Both the position numbers and the translations under genes were made by a program. A model generated the notes under the pieces. The model was given only the letters and a program-made list of their open reading frames with translations. It did no database searches and had not been told where the DNA came from. A stretch of DNA of 63,599 bases, counting the filler, from Conidiobolus incongruus B7586 (taxonomy: Eukaryota): NCBI GenBank assembly GCA_000697335.1. It is 33 parts of 33 records of this genome, joined end to end, with 100 filler letters (N's around TTAATTAATTAA, not from the genome) between each part and the next. Parts side by side here need not be neighbours in the genome. Positions count along the whole stretch, not along the records: positions 53,109 to 55,275 come from JNEM01004589.1; positions 55,376 to 56,838 come from JNEM01004591.1; positions 56,939 to 58,308 come from JNEM01004592.1; positions 58,409 to 59,738 come from JNEM01004594.1; positions 59,839 to 60,931 come from JNEM01004598.1; positions 61,032 to 62,416 come from JNEM01004600.1; positions 62,517 to 63,599 come from JNEM01004601.1; 26 more parts are not named here. One strand, written 5' to 3'. The first letter of the stretch is position 1; each line of letters starts with the position of its first letter. Below are positions 53,109 through 63,599 of the stretch, in pieces.

Positions 53109-54350
53109 TAAATCCCTCTCTAAAAAAATCTACTTGTATATTAATTAACTTTATAAAAAAAGTAAATCAATTTATAATATTGCTAGAATTACTAGTGTTA
53201 GCTAATCTACTATAGTTAAAGTTATTAAAAATAGTAATAATAATACATTTAAACTTAAACTTAAATATTTTAAAAATCATAGATAAATATAATAAAAAAT
53301 ATATTTAGAAGTTAGTTAATATAAATAAATATAATATTATTGTAGAAATATAACTAGAATTATAGAACTATATAAAAATATTAGTTGATACTAATACTAT
53401 TATATATACTTTATATTAATATATATACCACTTATATTTTAAGAAAAAATATCTTTAACTAGAGAAATCCTATTATAAAACTAAATAGGAGCTTAAATGT
53501 TGCTATTAATATTAAATTAAAATTAATTAAAGTAAGGTTATTTAGTTAAATCAAACAATAATATACTTTAGTAGATTTAATAAAAATGCTAGATACTTTA
53601 GAAAAAATACAGAACTATTTTATAACTATTATAATAATTCTACCTAATAATATAATAATAGGTTAATTATTATTTAAGGATATATATTATCTTTAAATGT
53701 AAAGTATTTCTGTAAAGTTAATAGGGGAATTAATATTAAAATATACTAAAATATTGTAAATAATAAATTGAAAAAATCCATTGAATAGTATAAGTTAAAC
53801 AAATCTGATATTTTTTTTAATAAAATAATACCCTTTATTATACTATAGCTTTTACTACCAAATAACTTAAAAATAATAAGATAATAGTTATAAAGTAGCT
53901 TTTTTAATCTTTTAACTTGAACCTAATTAAATATTTTTAGGATTAGTTAAAAAAAGTTATTAAAGCTTTCCCTTTAACAAAAGATTTAAATTAGTTTTAA
54001 GAATGTATTTAAGAAGCATAAATCAAGATTAGCCTTTTTTAATATAAGAAAATAATTGATTCTATACCCTATAAACTTAAAGAAGTTAAAAAAGCTAAAG
54101 ATAGATACACTAAGTTTTAATTTTTTTTTATCATCAAAAATCTATATATTTATAATTTACCTTAGATAAAATTTAAAAATTTATATTTTAACCAATTAAT
54201 AGCTAAATAATATCATCTAATGATATATACTATTAATAAATATAATATATTTTAATCATTTAATTTAAGTTTATTTCATTAAATATTAATTAAGTTATTA
54301 GTGGAAATATAAGTGTTTTTGATTTTATAACTTATTTTTGAAAATTAATA
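53109..54350 (+). mobile_element. Tc1-like family A copy ending in a right terminal repeat
   Basis: KSLSK start block through aagtgtttttgattttataacttatttttg terminus. Confidence 0.9.
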
Positions 54351-55275
54351 TATTATATATACTTTATATTAATATAGATACCACTTATATCTTAAGAAAA
54401 AATATCCTTAATTAAAAAAATATTACTATAAAATTAAACAAGAGTTTTAATAATACTATTAATATTAAAATAAAATAAATTAAAATAAGGTTATTTAATT
54501 TCATAAAATAAAAATATATTTTAATAAATTTAATAAAAAAACTAGATACTTTAGAAAAGATATAAAACTACTCTATAAATATCATATTATTTGTACCTAA
54601 AAGTATAATAATAAGTTAATTATTATTTAAGAATATATATTGTTTTTAGGTATAAAATATCTTTATAAAATTAATAAAGGAATCAATATTAAAATATATT
54701 AAAATATTTTAAATAATAAATTAAAAAAACTATTAAATAATATAAGTTAAATAAATTTAATATAATTTTCTAATAAGAAAATGTTTTTTATTATAATATA
54801 GCTTTTATTACCAATTAGCTTAAAAATAATAAGATAATAATTATAAAGTAGCTTTTTTAATTTTTTAATCTTAACTTAATTAAATATCTTTAGGATTAGT
54901 TAAAAAAAGCTATTAAAGTTTTCCTCTTAATAAAAGATTTAAATTAGTTTTAAGAATATATTTAAAAGGCATAAAATAAGATTAACTTTTTAAAAATATT
55001 AGAAGATAGTTGATTTTATACCCCATAAAACTTAAAGGAGTTAGCAATATTAAAGATAGATACAGTAAATTTTAATTTTTTTATCACTAAAAATCTATAA
55101 ATTTATAACTTATCTTAGATAAAATTCAAAAGTTGATATTTTAATTAATTAATAGCTAAATATTATCATTTATTAATATATATTATTAATAAATATAATA
55201 GATTTTAATTATTTAATTTAAGTTTATTATATTAAATAATAATTAAGTTATTAGTAAAAATATAAGTATTTTTAA
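54351..55275 (+). mobile_element. Second Tc1-like family A copy (3' part), directly abutting the previous one
   Basis: Begins at TA within internal transposase sequence (tattatatatactttatattaatat, also at ~53398). Confidence 0.85.
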
Positions 55276-55375
55276 NNNNNNNNNNNNNNNNNNNNNNNNN
55301 NNNNNNNNNNNNNNNNNNNTTAATTAATTAANNNNNNNNNNNNNNNNNNNNNNNNNNNNNNNNNNNNNNNNNNNN

Positions 55376-56838
55376 TAATATTTTTAAACTTGTAAATAAA
55401 TTATCTTTTAAATATAATATTAAATACAAAATTAAACTTCTTATAAATATATAAGTATACTTAAAGCATACTTATCATTTATTTCTTAAATAATATTAAA
55501 TTTTAAAAGAAGAAATTTAAAAATTACTTGAAAATAAATATATTAAATCTTTTTCCTGATTTTAAAATTTTTTATCTTTTCTATATAAAAAGTTAATGAT
55601 AGTTAAAGATTATATATTAATAATTATATTTTAAATTTTAAAACTATTAAGGATAAAACTCTATTGTTAAACCTATATGATATTAAAGATAAACTACTTA
55701 AATCTACTATATTCACTAAATTAAATGTTAGAAATAGTTATTATAACATTAAAGTTAAAGAAAATTCTATTCTTTTAATTATTTTCAACTTTCTACTAAG
55801 CTACTATAAATTTATTATTATAAACTTTAGATTATATAATATCTTTGTAACTTTTATTTAATTCATCAATTCCCTTTTTAACCTTGTTTTTAATAACTTT
55901 ATTATTACTTACTTTAATAATATTTTAATCTATTCAAAAACTAAAAAAAATATATTTAATATGTTAATTAAGTTTTATAAATTATTCAAGAATATAAATT
56001 ATTTTTAAAGCTATCAAAATTTATTTTTAGTATTTTTTCTATCTCTTTCTATAATTATATTATTTCTTCTTAAGGAATTAAGATTGATTTAACTAAACTT
56101 AATGATATAAAAGCTTTTATTATATTTATAAACAAAGATTAACTTATGTTTATACTTAAATTATTAAATTACTTTAAAAATTTCATTGATTCTTTTGTTG
56201 AATTTATAACTTTTTTAACTAATCTTTTGAGAAAAAACTCTCTTTTTAAATAAACCCCACTATATATTTTTTGCATAAATGCTTTAATTTTTTATATTAC
56301 CAATGTTTTTATTTTATTTATTTTTAATTTTATATTATTTATCATTATTTTTAATAACTTTAATTTTTTTATAATTAGTAGATAGTTAGTTTAATTTAAA
56401 TTTAATTTATATTTTACCTTTTAACTATAAGATATTATAATAAATAAAAGAAAGTAAATTAAGTTTAACCTTACAAATATTATTTTAAAGCTTATAACAT
56501 TTTAGTTAAGAAAAATAAAGCTAGTTTAATTAAAATACCTAGTTTATAAATATAAACTCTTAGTTTTAATAGAAATAATTAAAAATTATTCATATTTTTT
56601 ATCTTACAACCTTTTCTTAATACATATAAATTATAAATTACATATCTACTTAAATATTTAAAAGTATTAATTAAAAAAATAAATTAGATGGATTAAAATT
56701 AACCAAGTATATTTTTTTATCTAATATTTTTTAAGTTAATAAAATTATATTATAAATACTTTATTAAAAAATCTTATATATTTATCTTTTTATTCTAATT
56801 ATAAAAACCCAGTAAATATTAACTTAATCATTATTAAT
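55376..56838 (+). mobile_element. Gypsy family G2 RT-RNase H fragment
   Basis: ORF 55664..55861 IFTKLNVRNSYYNIKV is degenerate FTKLDVR.GYH.I.V; tac ttt aat aat att tta atc tat tca at 55910 is degenerate YxDDILIYS. Confidence 0.85.
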
Positions 56839-56938
56839 NNNNNNNNNNNNNNNNNNNNNNNNNNNNNNNNNNNNNNNNNNNNTTAATTAATTAANNNNNN
56901 NNNNNNNNNNNNNNNNNNNNNNNNNNNNNNNNNNNNNN

Positions 56939-58120
56939 TTATGTTATAATTCTGGTAGAGATTTAACTACTAATAATTCTTTTTATTAAGAACTAAAATT
57001 TGATATTTTAAATATTAATTAAATTTTCTTGTAAAAATTTACTTTCTAATAAGATAGTTTTTTAATTACTTAAAATAATTATAGTTATATAAATTATAAT
57101 CTAAAGAATATATTAAGTATCAAAATTTTTTCCAGTTAATTTTAATATGAAAGATTTTTATAGCTTTATATTTATATATTTTGCTATTAAAATTCTAAAT
57201 AATAAGTCTTCTCAAATTATATTAAAAATACTAATTAAAAAATAATTTAATTTAAATAAAATATAAAATTTATTATTAATTGATTTTTTTTCAAAAACTA
57301 TATAAAAATACCTTATACTATTATAATCTATTATAATAATTAAAATTTATTTATAAATCAAATATTTATTTAAGGAATATATTAAAGAGGTTGATTAGGC
57401 TTAATCCAACACTTTGATTTAAATTTAATAATAAATTATACCAATATATTTAAGATTCATCAATTATAATAATTTGTTGTAAAAGCCTTGGTTTGTAGTT
57501 ATACCTTGGTAAGATTTGTTTAGCAATAGCTATTTTAGTTTTTTTTAAGATTTAGTTAAATTATAAAAAACCTATATTTTATTTTTATTAATTAGTTTTA
57601 ATTTAAACTTCAATATATATAAAATAATTATATACCTAATATTAATATATTTTAAAAATTCTTTAGCTAAAGTAAAAAAGTGTTTTTTATATATTTTCTC
57701 ACTTTATTAATAATTGAAAAAAGTGATAGTTAATATTAGTCTTTTAGATTTTAATAATTTTTTGGTAATTTTTCTCTTAGTCTTAAAATATTATATCAAG
57801 CGATAAATTATTAATTTAAATAATATTCTATTATTCAAAGCTATTTGTAAATTTTAAATGATTTTAAAAAATTTATGGTTAAATTTTGTTTATATTAAAA
57901 TATAAGATTTTTGATGGTAATTATTATGTTTTAATCTAATAAAATTAAAAAATTAATTTTAAAAAATTAGTCTTTTAATGAAAAAATATTCTATAATATA
58001 TATATATATTTCAGGACTATTTATTTTATTATTTATTTGATCTTATTTTTTATGTAAAATTAATAATATATTTGAAAAATTATATATTTAAATAATTTCC
58101 CAAATTTTAATTATATAATA
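56939..58120 (-). mobile_element. mariner family B, degenerate
   Basis: ggcttaatccaacac, aagattcatcaatt, aaaagccttggtt and the aatttccca terminus. Confidence 0.87.
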
Positions 58121-58408
58121 ATATTTTAAATATTTAATATCTAGATTGAATAGAATATAATAATAAATTATTTAATATAAAATTGATTATTGGTTTTTAA
58201 CTAAAATTAATTTTATATTATTTATTTAAAGATATTTCAAAATTTCCAAAAAATTAAAATTAAATAGAAATAAGATATTCAAAAATATTATTATTATAAT
58301 AAAATTTANNNNNNNNNNNNNNNNNNNNNNNNNNNNNNNNNNNNNNNNNNNNTTAATTAATTAANNNNNNNNNNNNNNNNNNNNNNNNNNNNNNNNNNNN
58401 NNNNNNNN

Positions 58409-58596
58409 ATAATTTTTATATAAAATAATAAATTTTTTTAAATTATATTAAGAATATTAATTAGAAATAATTTTGTTTAAAAAATCAACATAAAGCTTAT
58501 TATTAATTGATTTTTTTTAAGAATTAAATAAAAATAATATATAATATTACAGTTTTTTATAATAGTTAATATTCATTTATTAATAAAATACATATA
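58409..58596 (-). mobile_element. mariner family B internal fragment, interrupted by a family A copy
   Basis: aattatattaagaatattaattagaaataa...attaattgatttt matches the B interior. Confidence 0.7.
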
Positions 58597-59738
58597 TACT
58601 AACTTATAAAAATAAGTTATAAAATCAAAAACATTTATATTTTTACTAATAACTTAATTAATATTTAATAAAATAAATCTAAATCAAATAATTAAAATCT
58701 ATTATATTAATTAATTATATATATCATTAAATGATGATATTTAGTTATTAATTGGCTAAAATATAAATACTTAAGTTTTATTTAAAGTAAGTTATAAATA
58801 TATAGGTTTTAGATGATAAAAAAAATTAACACTTAATATATCTATCTTTAGCTTTTCTAACTTCTTTAAGTTTATAAGATATAAAATCAATTAACTTTTT
58901 ATATTAAGTAGGGTAAATTTTGTTCTATATTTCTTAAACATATTTCCAAAGCAAATTTAAATCTTTTATTGGGGGGAAAGCTTTAATAATTTTTTTAACT
59001 GATTCTAAAGATATTTAATTAAATTAAAGTTAAGAGTTTAAAGAAGCTACTTTATAACTATTATTTTGTTATTTTTAACTATTTGGTAATAAAAGTTATA
59101 ATATATTAAAAGATATTATCTTATTAGAAAATAACATTAGATTTGTTTAACTAATATTATTCAATGGTTTTTTTAATTTATTATTTAGAATACTTTAGTA
59201 TATTTTAATATTAATTCCCCTATTAACTTTATAAAGATATCTTATATTTAAAGATAATATATATGCCTAAATAATAATTAACCTACTATTATACTTTTAG
59301 GAAAAATTAACATAATAACCATAAAATAATTTTATATCTATTTTAAAATATCTAGTTTTTTATTAAATTTACTAAAATATATTTTTATTTTATTAAACTA
59401 AATTATCTTATTCTAATTAGTTGTAGTTTAATATTAATAGTGATATTTAAATTCTTACCTAGCTTTACAATAGGATTATTTTAGTTGGGGGTGTTTTTTT
59501 AAAATATAAGTGGTATCTATATTAATATAAAATATATATAATAATATTAATATTAACTAATACTCTTATTTAATTTTATAGTTTTTGTTATATTTTTATA
59601 ATAATATTATATTTACCTATATTAATTAACCTATAAATATACTTTTTATGATATTCATCTATAGTTTTAATATATTTAAGTTTAAGTTTAAATATGTTTT
59701 TATTGCTATTTTTAATAATATTAACTATAATAAACTAG
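58597..59738 (-). mobile_element. Tc1-like family A copy inserted in a mariner copy
   Basis: ta|tactaacttataaaaataagttataaaatcaaaaac terminus followed by the A transposase relic. Confidence 0.9.
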
Positions 59739-61053
59739 NNNNNNNNNNNNNNNNNNNNNNNNNNNNNNNNNNNNNNNNNNNNTTAATTAATTAANNNNNN
59801 NNNNNNNNNNNNNNNNNNNNNNNNNNNNNNNNNNNNNNAAATTTTTATATAATATAATTATCTATTTAATTTTATATTTTAATAATCAATTTTTTAATTA
59901 TTATTACTTATGTTAATAATATTAATCAATATTGATCAAATTAATAAATAAAGTAATAAATGAAAAAATATCAGTAATTGAAAATTTCCAAAAAGCATCT
60001 TATCCAATATCTTTGTTTTTTAAATTGACAAGTTTGTTAAAATAATAATTTTATTAATATATAAATTATTAATTACTTCTTATAAAAATAATATTATGTT
60101 TTTAACCAAAAATTTTTTATTTTGTGAATATCACCAAATATTGCAATTTTACTTAATAATAGGAAAGTATCAAGATTGATTGATTCAATATATCTTTAGG
60201 AGTCCTATAGTATATATATTATATTTTAACCTTCCATAAAACTTGTTATTATTCTATAAATGGAATTATATATCTAAATATATGGAAATATAAAAATTTA
60301 TATTTTATCTGAATTTAACTAAAAATTATTATTGATTTAATATATTAATTCTCTATATTATAATTAATTTCAAAATTCTTTTATCAATTATAGATATATA
60401 ATTTATTTTTTACTAATCAATGCTAAATTTTATTTTAAATAGTATATATCATCCAAAAATATTTTTTTATTAAACTAAATTGACAAAATTCTTGCAAAAT
60501 ATGAAAATATTCAATAGCAAAAAAAATGAATATTAATCAATTAAACTCAAATAATTATTATCTACTAATGAAATATCAGATAATTGTTGAATAAAGAGTT
60601 ATTGTTATTAAACATGGTTATCCAATTATTATTAGGATATTGAAATATAACTTTATTTTTGATATTAATTATATTATTTAGTTATTAATTATTTTATTTA
60701 ATAATATTTTTATAATATTAAATTAATCTTGATTTATTTTAATATTTAAAAGAAAAATTAATTAATAAATATAATATATATTATAAAGATATAGACTATA
60801 TAAATAAATAATTTTAAAATAACTTGGTTTGTTCTTTGATCACTTATTTTTGACTCCTTTGTTATTCTGGGTAATAAATGGCATATATATAATAAATTCC
60901 AATATATTTTAGATATAAGACTAAAATACCANNNNNNNNNNNNNNNNNNNNNNNNNNNNNNNNNNNNNNNNNNNNTTAATTAATTAANNNNNNNNNNNNN
61001 NNNNNNNNNNNNNNNNNNNNNNNNNNNNNNNTTAATAAAAAATATATTAATTA

Positions 61054-62376
61054 TTACTCTATATTTTTAATAATGGAAATCTTTTGCAATTCAAAATAAA
61101 TAAATATTTTAATATATAATAAATAAAATATAAAAATAAATATATAATATAAATTTAATAGTTTTTTTTATTATTAATAACTTTTTGCTATATTATTAGC
61201 AAATATCTAATATCTAAAAAATATTTTTATTTATTAAAGACTAAAATTTAATATTTCATAAACTAATTAAATTTTTTTATAAAAATTTTCTTTCCTATAA
61301 GCTGGTTTTTTAATTGTTTAAAGCAATTATAATCACATAAGTTATAATCTAAAGAGAATATTAAATGTAGTAGTTTTTCCCAGTTATTTTTGATTAGAAA
61401 GTTTTTTACAGCTTTAGATTTATATATTTTGTAATTATCATATAAAATAATAAGTCTTTTTAAATTATATTAACAACACTAATTAGAAATAGTTTATTTC
61501 ATAAAATAGTATATAATTTACTATTAATTGATTTTCTTTTAGCAACTAAATAAGAGTAGCATATATTATTATAATCTATTAAAATAATTAATATTTGTTT
61601 ATTAATAAAATAATTATTTAAAGGGATTTGTGAAAAAGGTTGATTTAGTTTAATCTAACATATTGATTTATGTTTTGGTAAAGGATTATATATAGGGATT
61701 TAAGATTCATCAATTGTAATTATTTGTTATAAAAGTTTAAGCTTCTATTAATATTTTAGTAAGTTTTATTTAATAATAACTACTTTAGCTTTTTTTTAAT
61801 ATTTAATTAAATTATAAGGTACCTATTTTGTATTTTTATTTATTAATATGAGTTTAAACTTTAATATATATAAAATACTTATAAAACTAATATTAAAGTA
61901 TCTTGATAACTCTCTAGCTGAAATAAAAAGATGTTATTCAATATATTTTTTTACTCTATTAGCAATTGAAAAAGTAATAGTTGAAGTTAGTCTTCTAAAT
62001 TTTATCAGGTTTTAAATAGTGTCTCTCTTAATTTTAAAGTGATTTACCTAGTAATAAATTGTTAATTTAGATAATACTTTATTACCAAAAGTTGCTTATA
62101 GAATTTAAATAATTTTAGAGGGTTTATTGTTAAGTTTTACTAATATTAAAATAAAACACTTTTGATGATTATTATTTGGTTTAAATATAATTAAATTAAA
62201 CAGTTAATTTTAAAAAGTTAATTTTTTAATCAAAAAAATTATTATATATATATATATATATATATAATTCAAAACTATTTATTTTTGTATTTTTTTTGTA
62301 AATTTTTTTATTTGAAACTAATATGTTTGAAAAATCAGAAATTAAAAAATTTCCAATTATTTTAAATTCAAGGTAA
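61054..62376 (-). mobile_element. mariner family B, full length, degenerate
   Basis: Both termini present (ta|ttactct...taatggaaat and aaatttccaattattttaaattcaaggtaa). Confidence 0.9.
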
Positions 62377-62516
62377 TTTATTTAATAAAATCAATATAAA
62401 TTTCAAATTATTTAAANNNNNNNNNNNNNNNNNNNNNNNNNNNNNNNNNNNNNNNNNNNNTTAATTAATTAANNNNNNNNNNNNNNNNNNNNNNNNNNNN
62501 NNNNNNNNNNNNNNNN

Positions 62517-63599
62517 AAATTATTTTTTTCATTAAAAACTAAAATTTGATATTTTACAAACTAATTAAATTTTCTTATTTGTAAGTTGGTTTTTTAATTA
62601 CCTAAAATAATTATAATTATATAAGTTATAATCTAAAGAGTATACTAAATATGATAGTTTTTACTAGTTATTTTTAATTATAAAGTTTTTTATAGTTTCA
62701 GATTTATGTATTTTATAATTATCATATAAAATAATAAGTCTTTTTAAATTATATAAGGAACATTAATTAGAAATACTTTTAATTAAAAAAGAAATATAAA
62801 ATTTACTATTAAATAATTTTCCTTCAAGAACTAAATAAGAGTAATATATACTATTATAATCTACTATTATAATTTACTATAATAATTAACATTTGTTTAT
62901 TAACAAAATATTTATTTAAATGGATTTATAGAGGGGATTAATTTAATTTAATCTAGTATCTTGATTTGTGTTTTAATAAAAAATTATATATAAAATTTTA
63001 AGATTCATCAATTACAACTATTTGTTATAAAAGCTTAAGCTTCTAGTAATATTTTAGTAAGTTTTATTTAATAATAACTATTTTAATTTTTTTCTAAGCT
63101 TTAGTTAAATTATAAATACCTATTTTATATTATTATTTATTAATTTGAGTTTAAAATTTAATAAATATAAAATACTTATAAAACTAATATTAAAGTACTT
63201 AGATAGTTCTTTAACTAAAATAAAAAGATATTTTTCAATATATTTTTTTACTTGATTAATAATTAAACAAATAACAATTAAAGTTGGTTTTTTAGATTTT
63301 ACCAAGTTTTAAATAATTTCTCTATTAGCTTTAAAATAATTTACCTAGTAATAAATTATTGATTTAGATAATACTTTATTACTAAAAGTTGCTTATAAAT
63401 TTTAAATAATTTTAGAGGGTTTATGGTTAAGTTTTAATAATAATAAAATAAAAAACTTTTGATAATTACTATTTAATTTAAATATAATTAAATTAAACAA
63501 TTAATTTTAAAAAGTTAATTTTTTAATCAATAAAATTATTAAATATATAATTTAAAAATATATAATTTCCTATTAACTTTGTATATATTTATTTATTTC
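62517..63599 (-). mobile_element. mariner family B, partial
   Basis: Colinear with 16198-17494. Confidence 0.88.

Noticed and set aside
59839..60931. Possible decayed host gene (LRR/F-box-like)
   Set aside because: Coding-like texture but no ORF or motif I can support without a translated search.
1..63599. Alternative genetic code (TAA/TAG read-through) or organellar origin explaining the stops
   Set aside because: Stops vary between copies and come with missense transitions at catalytic residues; the homeobox gene reads normally in the standard code.

Overview
This window is not contiguous DNA. It is 33 short contigs (about 1-5.5 kb) joined by 32 artificial 100-bp linkers (44 N + TTAATTAATTAA + 44 N). 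The sequence is extremely AT-rich and eukaryotic, most plausibly fungal (inference). Most contigs are dead transposons degraded by C>T/G>A transitions, often CpA/TpG>TpA, which resembles repeat-induced point mutation (RIP). There are about 14 copies or fragments of a Tc1-like DD34E element (about 1.57 kb, IR/DR-type ends) and about 13 of a mariner DD34D element (about 1.3 kb). There is also one full-length chromovirus-type Ty3/Gypsy element with both LTRs, and five fragments of a second Gypsy family. The only intact protein gene is an intronless TALE-class homeobox gene (34331-34903, minus). Its 1.4-kb upstream region holds 13 TGACA sites, the motif bound by I50 TALE homeodomains, suggesting autoregulation. 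An isolated, GC-elevated, heavily base-paired ~340-nt island at 49709-50044 is a candidate unidentified ncRNA.
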